A DNA stretch of 42,233 nucleotides from Paracoccaceae bacterium (GTDB taxonomy: Bacteria; Pseudomonadota; Alphaproteobacteria; Rhodobacterales; Rhodobacteraceae). Made by a program: the position numbers and the translations under genes. Of this stretch, positions 26,953 through 37,105 are shown in pieces (within the stretch, counting starts at the first letter, position 1; every line of letters starts with the position of its first letter). The stretch spans positions 1-42,233 of the forward strand of contig JBGCFK010000343.1 of assembly GCA_045106875.1 (NCBI GenBank), written 5' to 3'. The notes below the pieces were generated by a model that saw only the letters and a program-made list of their open reading frames with translations, was not told where the DNA came from and made no database searches.

Positions 26953-29769
26953 TCATTGCCCCGCCTTCACCGCGGCACGTTCCACGGCGTTGGTCAGTCG
27001 CCGGTCTATCTGGTCAAGTTTCGTCTTCGACCGGATCTTGTGGCCAAAGAGGTCCTTCACATAAAAGACATCCACCACATGCTCGCCATACGTCGCAATG
27101 ATCGCAGACACGAGATTGACGTTCAGCGCCGCCAGCGTTCGGGTCAATTCATGCAACAGCCCCAGCTGATCACGTGCATTGACCTCGATCACCGTGAACA
27201 GCTCTGACGCTTCGTTGTCAAAGACGATTCTGGTAGGTACCGTGAACTGGGTCTCACGCGGCCGCACGTGACGGCGTTCCTCGATTTCCTCCCGCGCTAT
27301 GAATTCGCCCTTGAGGGTTTTCTCGATGGTCTTGCGCAGACGGGGCAGGCGACTTTGGTCAAAGGCACGAGCGTCCTGGTCCTGCAGCCAGAAGACCGAG
27401 GTCGCCATGCCGTCATTCGTCGTATACGAGCGCGCATCCACCACGCTGGCTCCGGCAATCGCAAAGGCTCCTGCCATACGCGCAAAGATGCCCGGATGAT
27501 CGCCCATGTAAAGACAGGCCTTGGTCGCATCCCGGGTATCGTCTGGCAGGAAGCGGCTGGCCATCGGCGCATCACCGATATCTTCTGCCAGTTCCGCGAA
27601 GATCCGGTGGGTCGCTGTGTCCAGTCCAAGCCAGTAGTGGGCATAGTGGCGTGAGAGCTCGCCCTGACGGATGTCCTGCGCCCAGCCTTCCAGTTCGCCG
27701 TCCATTGCCTTGCGCGCCATATCAACGCGGTGCTGCCGTGTGGATTGATCCACGCCGCCTGTCAGGACATTGCGCGTGTCCCAGTAGAGGTTCCGCAGGA
27801 GCTGTGCCTTCCAGTTGTTCCAGACACCCGGACCAACACCGCGGATGTCGCACACAGTCAGCACCAGCAGATAACGCAGGCGTTGCGGGCTTTGCACCTG
27901 ATAGGCAAAATCCTCGATCGTGCGCGGGTCCGAGATATCCCGTTTTTGTGCTACGTCCGACATCACCAGATGATGGCGCACCAACCACACCACGGTTTCC
28001 GTTTCGGCTTCGTCAAGGCCCAGCCGAGGGCACACGGAGGCTGCGATTTCAGCACCGTATTCCGAGTGGTCGCGCTCATCGCCCTTGCCGATGTCATGGC
28101 ACAGCAGTGCTGTATAAAGGATGCGGCGGTTTATGCTGCCCTTCAGGATCTCGGTCGCAACGGGATGCCGGTCTTCGGCTTCGAGGCGTTCAATCTGGTT
28201 GAGAACGCCGATCGTGCGGATTGTGTGCTCGTCCACCGTGTAGTGGTGGTACATGTTGAACTGCATCATCGCGACAATGCGGCCGAACTCTGGCACGAAA
28301 CGGCCCAGCACTTCGGTCTCGTTCATGGTGCGCAGCAGCCACTCCGAATGGACCGGATCGCAAAGCATGTCCAGGAACAACGAGGTTGCAATCGGGTTGC
28401 TACGCATATTGTCGTCGATGAGGTCAAGATGCTGGGTCACCAATCGCAACGCTGCCGGATGCGTCAGGGCGTCCATGCGGGCCGCTTCATGGAAAAACCT
28501 GAGAATGTTGATCGGGTCATCCTTGAAGACATCATCATCGCGCGTCGTCAACCGACCGTCCCGCACCACGAAAGGCTCGTCATCCCCGGACGGCTCCGAC
28601 CGGAAGCTGAGTGCGCGCAGAAGATATGAAATCGTCGGCTGCGTCTTCGTGTGCTGAGCCTCCAGAGCGGCGGAGAAAATTCGCGTCAGGTCGCCTACCG
28701 CCTTTGCATGGCGAAAATAGGTGTGCATGAAGTGCTCGACGCCCATGCGGCCGCCCTCGTCCTCGAACCCCATACGTGCCGCTATCTCGACCTGCCGGTC
28801 AAAGGTCAGCTGTTCCTGTGCGCGCTCTGCCAGATCATGCAGATGACAGCGTACAGCCCAGATAAACTTGGCTGCATCCGCAAACCGCTGCACTTCGTCC
28901 TGATCGTAGACGCCCATTTCAACCAGGTCCCAGGCAGTGCCCGAGTGATAGAGGTATTTTGAAATCCAGTGCAGTGTCTGAAGGTCCCTCAACCCACCTT
29001 TGGATTCCTTCAGGTTGGGTTCCAGCAGATAGCGCGAGCCGCCATGGCGCTTGTGGCGTTCATCGCGTTCGGCCATCTTGGCTTCGACAAACTCGGAGCC
29101 GGTCTTGTCGAACAGGTCCCGCCAAAGCCGCGTATCCAACTGTGCAAACGGCTCCGGATCTCCGGCAATGAAGCGCTTTTCAAGCAGGGCCGTGCGAATG
29201 GTGAAGTCCTCACGCGCAAGGCGCAGGCAGTCATCGACGGACCGTGTGGACTGGCCAACTTTCAACTTCATGTCCCACAGCATGTAGAGCATGCTTTCAA
29301 TGACACTCTCGGACCATGCCGTCTGCTTGTAGGGGGTCAGGAACAACAGATCGACATCCGAGAACGGGGCCATCTCGCCGCGTCCGTACCCGCCCACGGC
29401 CACCACCGATAGCTGCTGGCCCTTGGTCCGGACAGGCTGTGGGTGCAGGTGTTCCGTCGCCAGATATGTCAGCGCCGCGATGACACAATCGGTAAGGTGA
29501 GCGTAGCCGCGCGCGGCCCGAAGGCCGGCATGTGGCTTTTCCAGCAATGCCTGCTGGACATGCGTTTGACCCATCTGAAGTGTGTCGATCAACAGCTGCA
29601 ATACGTCAGCACGCAGCTGGTCGCTATCGGATGCAACCTCGGCGAGTTGATCTATCGCAGTGATCAGGCCTGCTTCATCTGCAATCGCAGACGGCCGATC
29701 TATCAAATGCGCCAGCCCGGCAAAGGTCTTGCCGGGCTGTGCAGGCTTTACCGGTTCCGGAGCCGACAA
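26953..29769 (-). CDS. glnD: Bifunctional uridylyltransferase/uridylyl-removing enzyme
   Basis: AVGGYGRGEMAPFSDVDL, EPNLKESKGGLRD, HHYTVDEH, HDIGKG and two C-terminal ACT domains. TTG start is uncertain. Confidence 0.96.
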   Translation of the reverse strand: MSAPEPVKPAQPGKTFAGLAHLIDRPSAIADEAGLITAIDQLAEVASDSDQLRADVLQLLIDTLQMGQTHVQQALLEKPHAGLRAARGYAHLTDCVIAALTYLATEHLHPQPVRTKGQQLSVVAVGGYGRGEMAPFSDVDLLFLTPYKQTAWSESVIESMLYMLWDMKLKVGQSTRSVDDCLRLAREDFTIRTALLEKRFIAGDPEPFAQLDTRLWRDLFDKTGSEFVEAKMAERDERHKRHGGSRYLLEPNLKESKGGLRDLQTLHWISKYLYHSGTAWDLVEMGVYDQDEVQRFADAAKFIWAVRCHLHDLAERAQEQLTFDRQVEIAARMGFEDEGGRMGVEHFMHTYFRHAKAVGDLTRIFSAALEAQHTKTQPTISYLLRALSFRSEPSGDDEPFVVRDGRLTTRDDDVFKDDPINILRFFHEAARMDALTHPAALRLVTQHLDLIDDNMRSNPIATSLFLDMLCDPVHSEWLLRTMNETEVLGRFVPEFGRIVAMMQFNMYHHYTVDEHTIRTIGVLNQIERLEAEDRHPVATEILKGSINRRILYTALLCHDIGKGDERDHSEYGAEIAASVCPRLGLDEAETETVVWLVRHHLVMSDVAQKRDISDPRTIEDFAYQVQSPQRLRYLLVLTVCDIRGVGPGVWNNWKAQLLRNLYWDTRNVLTGGVDQSTRQHRVDMARKAMDGELEGWAQDIRQGELSRHYAHYWLGLDTATHRIFAELAEDIGDAPMASRFLPDDTRDATKACLYMGDHPGIFARMAGAFAIAGASVVDARSYTTNDGMATSVFWLQDQDARAFDQSRLPRLRKTIEKTLKGEFIAREEIEERRHVRPRETQFTVPTRIVFDNEASELFTVIEVNARDQLGLLHELTRTLAALNVNLVSAIIATYGEHVVDVFYVKDLFGHKIRSKTKLDQIDRRLTNAVERAAVKAGQ

Positions 29770-29774
29770 TTGCG

Positions 29775-30950
29775 TCAGGACCCCGCGCCAAGTCTGACAG
29801 GTGCGGGATCAATGGTGGTGAACCGCCCGTTGCCGACCTCCAGCACTGCCATGCCGCGCGTGCCGATCCCGTTTGGGTTGAAGCTGATCGGGCCAACTGC
29901 GCCATTGAATCCGCCGCCACGGGTCAGAGCTGCTGTCGAGAACGGATCGCGGTTGCCACCTGCCCGCGCCTCGGCCAGCAACTGCCCTGCGATCTTCACG
30001 GCGTCATAGCTGAGAACTGCGAGGGATGGCGGGACGCTGCCGTAATTGGCCTTGTACTTGTCCACAAATGCCCTCAGCGCACGCGGGTCGGGGGCAGCAA
30101 ACCAGCCGCCCTTGATCTGCTTGGCTTCCAGGGTTGCGCGTGAATTCCACTCGCCAAGGCCGAGAAACTTCACGTTCCTGCCTGACACACCGTTCTGCTG
30201 CATCAGCCCACCGACGAATTTCAGCGCCTGGCCGCTTTCGGCGATAAGAACAGCCCTTGCGCCTGCTGCCTTGGCGTCTTTGGCAAACTGAGCGGCTGCC
30301 GGAGGAATTCCCTCATTTGTGCGCGCATACTCGGAGGCAAGTACGATGGCGGCTCCACCGCTTGAGCGCGCGCCATTGATAGCTTGGCTGCCATATGCAG
30401 TCTGAGGGTAGAACACTGCAACTCGGTCGTAACCCTTGGCGCGGGCATAGCCGGTGATCCGTTGGGCCGCGATTTCTGGAATGAAACCACTGAGAAAAAC
30501 CGGGTCGCCTGCCGAAGTCGTGTCCGTCGAGAACGAGATTACCTTGATGTTGCCCTGCGCGGCAGGCTGGGCCACGGCCTTGGTGCTGGATCCGAGTAGC
30601 GGGCCGATGATAAGCTTGGCCTGCTCCTGCACTGCCCGCTGCGCAACCGCGCGTGCCTTGTTCGGATCCCCGCCGGTGTCGTAGACCGAAAGTGTCATAA
30701 GCGGATCGTTGATTTCCTTCATCGCCATTTGCGCGGCGTTTGCCAGGGCCTGACCCAGCTGGGCGGCGCTTTTCTGCTGAGAGCTGAGCGGCACCATCAG
30801 TGCAAGCTTGACCGACTGCGTCGGATCGACGTTACCTTGCTGTGCTCCCGCGCCCGGACCCGTCGTGGAGACCTGCGGCGTACACGCGCCAAGTAATAGT
30901 GTTCCCAGCAGGATCGTACCCGCTGCTGTCAATCTCGAAAGGCTATGCAT
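29775..30950 (-). CDS. LpoA/YraM-like penicillin-binding protein activator lipoprotein
   Basis: LGAC lipobox; ALMVPLS, VYDTGG, IIGPLL and GFNGAVG motifs; divergent from rsmI. Confidence 0.85.
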   Translation of the reverse strand: MHSLSRLTAAGTILLGTLLLGACTPQVSTTGPGAGAQQGNVDPTQSVKLALMVPLSSQQKSAAQLGQALANAAQMAMKEINDPLMTLSVYDTGGDPNKARAVAQRAVQEQAKLIIGPLLGSSTKAVAQPAAQGNIKVISFSTDTTSAGDPVFLSGFIPEIAAQRITGYARAKGYDRVAVFYPQTAYGSQAINGARSSGGAAIVLASEYARTNEGIPPAAAQFAKDAKAAGARAVLIAESGQALKFVGGLMQQNGVSGRNVKFLGLGEWNSRATLEAKQIKGGWFAAPDPRALRAFVDKYKANYGSVPPSLAVLSYDAVKIAGQLLAEARAGGNRDPFSTAALTRGGGFNGAVGPISFNPNGIGTRGMAVLEVGNGRFTTIDPAPVRLGAGS

Positions 30951-31033
30951 GGAGAGCTCCCATTCTCAAGCGGATCAGACCGCTGTCCGTACCTTGCCCC
31001 GGTATTCGTGCCCCAATCTTCGCGGCGGACCCT

Positions 31034-31969
31034 ATGAGTGAGACAGATGAAAGTAAACTTTCGCAAACGGCGACGGGGCAGGTGGCTGATGCGGGTGTAG
31101 CAAGCCCGCCACTCCTGCCGGGTCTCTGGCTTGTTGCCACGCCGATCGGAAACATCCGGGACATCACTTTGCGGGCGCTCGATGTCTTGGCGGGCGCCGA
31201 CGTGCTGGCCTGCGAGGATACGCGGCGCACACGGCAATTGATGGACCTGCACGGGATACCCTTGGGACACCGCCGCATGGTCAGCTATCATGATCAGAAT
31301 GGCACGGCGCGGCGTCCACAGATCATGGGATGGCTCGAAAAGGGCCTCTCCGTCGCTTATGCGACCGATGCGGGCACGCCGTTGATCGCGGACCCGGGCT
31401 ATCGCCTTGTGACCGAAGCGCGCGAGGCTGGCCATGCTGTGCATGTGTTGCCGGGGGCATCTTCGGTGCTGGCGGCGCTTTGTGTGGCTGGGTTGCCGAC
31501 TGACCGCTTTCTGTTTGCAGGCTTCCTGCCGCCCAAGTCTGCTCAGCGCCGCCGCGCGCTGGAGGAGTTGGCGGATGTGCGTGCAACTTTGGTCTTTCTG
31601 GAATCGCCCCGTCGTGTGGCCACCTGCCTGAATGACATGGCGGAGGTGCTAGGTCGCGAGCGGGAGGCCGTCATGGCGCGCGAACTGACCAAACGATTCG
31701 AGGAAGTGCGCAGTGCGTCGCTGGCCGAGCTTGTCGCGGGGCTTGATCCTGCGTTGCCGCCGAAGGGCGAGATTGTTGTCGTTGTTGGTCCTCCGGCGCC
31801 ATCGGCTGCGCCGGATGAGGCGGATCTGGATGCTGCCCTGACCGAGCTGTTGTCCGAAATGCCAACCAAGGCCGCAGCCCGCGTGGTCGCCGATCGCCTT
31901 CGGCTTCCCCGCCGGGATGTTTATCAGCGGGCGTTGGCGCTTAAGGAGGCTGACGATCCGGCTGGCTGA
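31034..31969 (+). CDS. rsmI: 16S rRNA (C1402 2'-O)-methyltransferase
   Basis: LVATPIGNIRDITLRA, ACEDTR, DAGTPLIADPG, ESPRR and RELTKRFEE motifs; start at ATG 31034. Confidence 0.95.
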   Translation: MSETDESKLSQTATGQVADAGVASPPLLPGLWLVATPIGNIRDITLRALDVLAGADVLACEDTRRTRQLMDLHGIPLGHRRMVSYHDQNGTARRPQIMGWLEKGLSVAYATDAGTPLIADPGYRLVTEAREAGHAVHVLPGASSVLAALCVAGLPTDRFLFAGFLPPKSAQRRRALEELADVRATLVFLESPRRVATCLNDMAEVLGREREAVMARELTKRFEEVRSASLAELVAGLDPALPPKGEIVVVVGPPAPSAAPDEADLDAALTELLSEMPTKAAARVVADRLRLPRRDVYQRALALKEADDPAG

Positions 31970-32027
31970 CGATCTATGATCGAATTGTACAAACTTTCAG
32001 TCGAATTGTTCCTATTAAGCCTGTTTA

Positions 32028-32075
32028 TGAACAGTTCATTAACGTGATGGGGCCAATAGTTGACAGAACGTTAAC
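32028..32075 (+). promoter_or_regulatory. Two tandem near-consensus CtrA boxes
   Basis: TGAA-CAGTTCA-TTAAC (32028-32043) and TTGA-CAGAACG-TTAAC (32060-32075), each one mismatch from consensus, 32 bp apart. Confidence 0.55.
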
Positions 32076-32094
32076 GCATGCAGAGGTCAGTCCG

Positions 32095-32235
32095 ATGTTC
32101 GATCGCAATGTTCCCGTTGCAGTGAATAATAATCCGGCAAACCCACTGCCCAAGCCTCCAGTCGCCGCCGATGCTGTCGATCGTCTGGACTTCGGCAGAG
32201 TGTTTCACAACGAAGTCACATTTCCCGAAGCTTGA
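32095..32235 (+). CDS. Putative 46-aa small protein
   Basis: GAGG upstream of ATG 32095; MFDRNVPVAVNNNPANPLPKPPVAADAVDRLDFGRVFHNEVTFPEA; lies directly behind the CtrA-like boxes. Confidence 0.45.
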   Translation: MFDRNVPVAVNNNPANPLPKPPVAADAVDRLDFGRVFHNEVTFPEA

Positions 32236-32298
32236 TTTCCCGGCGACACCTAGCGACAGTCATGCCAGTTTGGGCGGGACGTCAGGAGGATACTCGGA

Positions 32299-32790
32299 AT
32301 GGTTGGAAAAGTTGAGGCGAAGCTTGCCGAAATGGGGCTGGAGCTGCCGGCTCCGGCCGCGCCGCTGGCGGCTTATGTGCCCTTCGTGCGAACAGGAAAT
32401 CTGGTGTTTGTCTCGGGTCAGTTGCCGCTTGGCCCTGACGGGTTGGTGACGGGACATCTGACTGCCGCAGATCACGCTGATGGTGCGCCTGTCCCAGGCA
32501 GCAAGCTCGCTATTGCGAAAGACGCGGCGCAGTTGTCTGCATTGAACCTGCTGGCCCATGTGCGCAACTGCACCGGCGATCTCGACCTGGTCAGCCGCGT
32601 GGTCAAGCTGACAGGGTTCGTCAACTGCGATGCAAGCTTTGCCCAGCACCCTCAAGTTGTGAACGGCGCATCCGAGCTGATGGCGGCGGTGTTTGGCGAT
32701 GCAGGTCAGCATTCCCGCGCTGCTGTCGGGTCATCGAGTCTTCCACTGGGTGTGGTTGTAGAGGTCGAGGGCGTGTTCGAGGTCGCGTGA
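32299..32790 (+). CDS. RidA/YjgF-family protein
   Basis: LPAPAAPLAAYVP, VSGQLP, VVKLTGFVN and NGASEL...FGDAGQHSRAAVG motifs; AGGAGG RBS. Confidence 0.92.
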   Translation: MVGKVEAKLAEMGLELPAPAAPLAAYVPFVRTGNLVFVSGQLPLGPDGLVTGHLTAADHADGAPVPGSKLAIAKDAAQLSALNLLAHVRNCTGDLDLVSRVVKLTGFVNCDASFAQHPQVVNGASELMAAVFGDAGQHSRAAVGSSSLPLGVVVEVEGVFEVA

Positions 32791-32866
32791 TGCGCCCGCG
32801 CCTCCCCCGATAGGTCGTCAAGCGTAGAAATGTCCGACGCTGCCCACCCGCCTCGGCGCGGGCGCA
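32791..32866. repeat. Intergenic 12-bp perfect inverted repeat with an inner stem
   Basis: TGCGCCCGCGCC (32791-32802) and GGCGCGGGCGCA (32855-32866); inner AGCGT...ACGCT (32821-32841). Confidence 0.65.
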
Positions 32867-32877
32867 AGCCAACTCGG

Positions 32878-33297
32878 TCAGGGTTCGTATCCGCCCATCT
32901 TGCAGATAAGCGCCCACTCGGCATCGCTCACCGGGACGACTGACAGACGCGATTGCTTTACAAGTGCGAACTCGGCCAGTTCTGGTGTCGCCTTGATCTG
33001 CTCCAGTGTCACAGGCTGCGGGATCTGGGCCACGGCCTTGACGTCTACGCAGTCCCAGCGGGGGTCATCGGTTGTCGAATCGGGGTGTGCCTCAGCACAG
33101 ATCTCGACGATCCCCACGATCTGCTTCTCGTTCACCGAGTGGTAGAAGAAGCCGAGGTCACCAAGTCGCATCTCGCGCATGTTGTTTCGGGCCTGGTAGT
33201 TGCGCACACCGTCCCATTCCTCGCCCGCGTCGCCCTTTGCGACCTGGTCATCCCAGCCCCAGGTGTTGGGTTCCGATTTGAATAGCCAATATGCCAT
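32878..33297 (-). CDS. EVE domain protein
   Basis: YWLFKSEP, WDGVRNYQARN, FFYHS and SRLSVVPV motifs. Confidence 0.93.
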   Translation of the reverse strand: MAYWLFKSEPNTWGWDDQVAKGDAGEEWDGVRNYQARNNMREMRLGDLGFFYHSVNEKQIVGIVEICAEAHPDSTTDDPRWDCVDVKAVAQIPQPVTLEQIKATPELAEFALVKQSRLSVVPVSDAEWALICKMGGYEP

Positions 33298-33319
33298 GTG
33301 GCCTCCGATGCCATGCGTG

Positions 33320-34204
33320 TCATTCTCGGCGAAGAGGTCGGGAAATCAGCGCCTCCACGGCTTTTCGCACGCCGAGCCGGCCATCCACAACATCTGCGAT
33401 CGTGTTGATCAACGGAGTGTCTACATCCAGACCCGTGGCCATGTTCGCGGCGGCTCGCGCCGTTAGCCGGCCCTCGGTCGTGGCATTGGGCTGTGTCTGT
33501 CCCTCGGCACCAAGGCGCACCCCGAAGGAAAAGTTCCGGGATTTGCTCGACGTACAGGTCAATGTCAGATCGCCCAGCCCTGACAGGCCCATCATTGTAT
33601 CGCGGCTAGCCCCGGCGGCTATACCAATCCGGACAATCTCGGCAAATCCGCGGGCTATGGTGGCGGCGCGGGCGCTTTCTCCCAGCCTCGCCCCGATAGC
33701 CGCGCCTGCCGCAATCGCAATCACGTTCTTCAAAGCACCGCCAAGTTCGGCCCCGGTCAAATCATCCGTAAGGTAGGGGCGCAAGGCGGGGGTCGCCAAC
33801 GTGGACTGCAGAGTGTCGGCATGTGACCACTTGCTGGCCAATGTCACTGCGGTTGGCAGTCCTCTGTCCAGATCCGCGGCAAAGCTTGGACCCGAGAGCA
33901 CTGCAATCGGAGCGCGCGGACATATCGACCGAGCGATCTCGCTCTGGCGCAAATTGCTGCCGGTTTCCAGGCCCTTGGCCGTGAGAACCAACGGCACGTC
34001 GAGAGGCAGGGCAGGGACAAGCTCCGACAGAACCTCGCGCGTGGCTTGTGCAGGAACCGCGGCGATCACGATCTTGGCGCCATGCAAGGCGTTCGAAGGA
34101 TCGCCCCGCCGCCAGTATGTCGTCTTGTGTCCCGCATTCTCGAAGCATGTGCCCAATGCGCGCCCCCAGGCCCCTGCGCCAAGGATGGTGATCCGTGTGC
34201 TCAT
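33320..34204 (-). CDS. gpsA: NAD(P)H-dependent glycerol-3-phosphate dehydrogenase
   Basis: [29 protein letters not shown] and GLSGLGDL...SRN motifs. ATG 34204 overlaps the tsaD stop. Confidence 0.92.
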   Translation of the reverse strand: MSTRITILGAGAWGRALGTCFENAGHKTTYWRRGDPSNALHGAKIVIAAVPAQATREVLSELVPALPLDVPLVLTAKGLETGSNLRQSEIARSICPRAPIAVLSGPSFAADLDRGLPTAVTLASKWSHADTLQSTLATPALRPYLTDDLTGAELGGALKNVIAIAAGAAIGARLGESARAATIARGFAEIVRIGIAAGASRDTMMGLSGLGDLTLTCTSSKSRNFSFGVRLGAEGQTQPNATTEGRLTARAAANMATGLDVDTPLINTIADVVDGRLGVRKAVEALISRPLRRE

Positions 34205-35280
34205 GCCTTGGCGCCACGTTTGCCTGAACCAAGCATCGGGTCCGCGGCGGTGTCCAGTGGCCACCGCGGGCGCGGTGTGATGGGTGTTTCCGGGATCAAT
34301 CCTGTGGCCAGACGCTCCAACCCTGCCCAGGCGATCATCGCGCCATTGTCGGTGCATAGCGGAAGCGGCGGGGCGGTGGTCGCAAACCCCTCATCCTGCG
34401 CGCGTCCTTCCAGCGTGGTGCGCAATTGCCGGTTTGCAGCGACGCCGCCTGCCACCGCGAGGACGTTGGTATCCCGGCCTGCCATCCTCATGGCGCGGCC
34501 CGCCTTGGAAGCGAGCACATCACTGACGGCGGCCTGGAACCCGGCGCAGAGGTCTGACAGGTCCTGTCGATACAGCCCACCCTGCGCCTCAACCAGCGCA
34601 TCGCGGGCCCGCAAGACAGCGGTCTTGAGCCCGGAGAATGACATATCACAACCTGGCCGGTCCATCAGTGGTCTGGGCAGGCGGAAGCGGTTGGCATCGC
34701 CTGCTGAGGCAAGACGCTCGACCTCCGGACCTCCGGGGAAGCCCAGACCCAGCATCTTGGCAACCTTATCGAAGGCCTCGCCTGGCGCATCATCGATGGT
34801 CCCGCCGAGGCGGCGATAGTCGCCTAGTCCGCTGATCTCGATGAACTGGCAGTGCCCGCCAGAGGCCAGCAGCAGCAGGTAGGGATATGCGACACCATCG
34901 GTCAGGCGGGGCGTCAGGGCGTGGCCCTCGAGATGGTTCACGCCGATCAGCGGCAGACCTGCGCCCGCTGAGATCCCGCGCGCGCACATGACCCCGGCCA
35001 TCACGCCGCCGATCAGGCCCGGCCCTGCTGTCACTGCGATGGCGTCCAGGTCACCAAGGTCCAGCCCAGCCTCGTCCATGGCGCGCATGACAACAAGGTC
35101 TGCCCGCACAGCATGGGCGCGCGCCGCGATCTCGGGCACCACGCCACCAAAGCCTGCGTGCAGGTCTTCCTGCCCGAACACGGCGTTGGACAAAACCTGA
35201 CCCGCTGTGTCCGGCATGCCTTGAACAACCGCGGCCGCGGTCTCGTCACAACTGGACTCGATGCCGAGGACTGTCAGCAT
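34201..35280 (-). CDS. tsaD: tRNA N6-threonylcarbamoyltransferase
   Basis: [40 protein letters not shown] and CTDNGAMIA motifs; start at ATG 35280. Confidence 0.96.
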   Translation of the reverse strand: MLTVLGIESSCDETAAAVVQGMPDTAGQVLSNAVFGQEDLHAGFGGVVPEIAARAHAVRADLVVMRAMDEAGLDLGDLDAIAVTAGPGLIGGVMAGVMCARGISAGAGLPLIGVNHLEGHALTPRLTDGVAYPYLLLLASGGHCQFIEISGLGDYRRLGGTIDDAPGEAFDKVAKMLGLGFPGGPEVERLASAGDANRFRLPRPLMDRPGCDMSFSGLKTAVLRARDALVEAQGGLYRQDLSDLCAGFQAAVSDVLASKAGRAMRMAGRDTNVLAVAGGVAANRQLRTTLEGRAQDEGFATTAPPLPLCTDNGAMIAWAGLERLATGLIPETPITPRPRWPLDTAADPMLGSGKRGAKA

Positions 35281-35371
35281 GCATTTACACTTTCTCTCAT
35301 CCGGACATTGCGCGGGCAGGATACGGCTCTTACTACTGGGACGCGCGCCGTCACGAAAGGAAAAGAACGCC

Positions 35372-36313
35372 ATGTCCCCAGCCGTCCGTCCATTGAAGAT
35401 CGGCACCCGTGGATCACCGCTTGCCCTCGTTCAGGCGCATGAGACGCGCGCCAGACTAGCCAAGGCACATGGGCTCGCAGAGGATGTGTTCGAGGTGTTG
35501 GTGATCAAGACCTCCGGTGACGATGCTTCGCTGATCGACGCCGACAGGCCTCTCAAAGAGATCGGTAACAAGGGTCTCTTCACCAAGGAGATCGAGGAAG
35601 CGCTGCTGGACGGAAGTATAGACATCGCGGTGCATTCGATGAAGGACATGCCGACACTTCTGCCAGATGGGTTGGAGATTCCGTGCCTTTTGCCGCGCGA
35701 GGACGTGCGCGACGCTTTTATCAGCCATCGCCATGCGGGGATTGATGCATTGCCCAAGGGCGCAGTGGTCGGATCTTCCTCGCTGCGCCGCAAAGCTCAG
35801 TTGCTCCACCGCCGCCAGGACCTTCGGGTTGTCGAGTTCCGTGGAAATGTGCAGACCCGCCTGCGCAAGCTGGAGGAAGGTGTGGCAGAGGCGACATTCC
35901 TGGCCGCGGCTGGTTTGCGCCGATTGGGGCAGGAAGATCTTGCAGACAACGCCGTGTCGGTGGACGAAATGCTGCCTGCAGTGGCTCAGGGCGCCATAGG
36001 GATCGAATGCCGGTCGGGTGATCAGGTCGCGCTGGCCATGCTTGCGAGCATCCACCATGCGGACACCGGCATCCAGTTGGCGGCAGAGCGCGCATTTCTT
36101 GCCGGGCTCGACGGGTCCTGCCGCACGCCAATTGCTGGCCTGGCAGAGCTCGAGGGTGACCAGATGTGGTTCCGCGGCGAGATTGTGCGCCCAGATGGCT
36201 CGGAGCGGCATGCAACCGAACGCAGGGGCCTTGCCTCGGACGGAGCGGCCATGGGCGCGGATGCAGCGGCCGAACTGCGCGCGCTCGCTGCCCCGGATTT
36301 CTTCGTGGCCTAG
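35372..36313 (+). CDS. hemC: Hydroxymethylbilane synthase
   Basis: [38 protein letters not shown] and GSCRTP motifs; start at ATG 35372. Confidence 0.96.
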   Translation: MSPAVRPLKIGTRGSPLALVQAHETRARLAKAHGLAEDVFEVLVIKTSGDDASLIDADRPLKEIGNKGLFTKEIEEALLDGSIDIAVHSMKDMPTLLPDGLEIPCLLPREDVRDAFISHRHAGIDALPKGAVVGSSSLRRKAQLLHRRQDLRVVEFRGNVQTRLRKLEEGVAEATFLAAAGLRRLGQEDLADNAVSVDEMLPAVAQGAIGIECRSGDQVALAMLASIHHADTGIQLAAERAFLAGLDGSCRTPIAGLAELEGDQMWFRGEIVRPDGSERHATERRGLASDGAAMGADAAAELRALAAPDFFVA

Positions 36314-36315
36314 CC

Positions 36316-37023
36316 GTGACGGTGCTATTGACCCGAACCGTCGAGGACAACGCCCGGATGGCGCCGATTCTGGACGAAGCCGGGATTGCACACATGAACT
36401 GGCCCCTTAGCCGGATCGAAACGCTCGATAATAGGATCAAGGTACCTGGAGACAGCCAGGCTTTGTTGTTCACATCAGCCAACGGGGTCCGTGCGTTTGC
36501 CGGGCATTCGCCGATGCGCGACTTGCCGGTGTTGTGTGTCGGTCGCCGGACGGAGGACGTCGCGCGGCAAGCCGGATTCAAGGCTGTCACATGCGCAGGT
36601 GGCACAGTCGCCGAGTTGCAGGCTGCGCTGCCGACGTTACCTCACCGGCGACTATACTACGCCCGAGGGGAGGATGTGTCAGCGGATCTTGCGCACGGTC
36701 TGCCAAAAGACTTCGCGGTGCACGAGCAGGTGGTTTACGCAGCGAAGGTCGGCGATCCGCCCGAATCGTTCGTGGCAGACGCACTCGCATCGGGGCGAAT
36801 CGCAGCTATCAGCATCTGGTCCAGGCGCAATGGACGCTTTCTCGCAGATTATTTGGAAACTTCTTCAAAAGTGAAGGTCACGGCCATCAACCTGGTCGCG
36901 ATATCGAAAAATGCGGCGGAACCACTTGGCAATTCGGGTTTTAGGCGCATTTTCGTCGCCAAGGTGCCGGATGCGGGCGGGATGGTTGCTGCCTTTTTCG
37001 CTGCGCTGCGGCAAGAATTCTGA
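36316..37023 (+). CDS. hemD: Uroporphyrinogen-III synthase
   Basis: VLLTR, LFTSANGV and CVGRRT motifs; GTG start 2 bp after the hemC stop. Confidence 0.88.
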   Translation: MTVLLTRTVEDNARMAPILDEAGIAHMNWPLSRIETLDNRIKVPGDSQALLFTSANGVRAFAGHSPMRDLPVLCVGRRTEDVARQAGFKAVTCAGGTVAELQAALPTLPHRRLYYARGEDVSADLAHGLPKDFAVHEQVVYAAKVGDPPESFVADALASGRIAAISIWSRRNGRFLADYLETSSKVKVTAINLVAISKNAAEPLGNSGFRRIFVAKVPDAGGMVAAFFAALRQEF

Positions 37024-37105
37024 CCGTTGTGATTGTGCTTGGTCGCAAGCCCTCATACGCTAGGTCGTGTGGGCGCTATGTCGGTCATAAGAACAGGAGC
37101 GTTGA

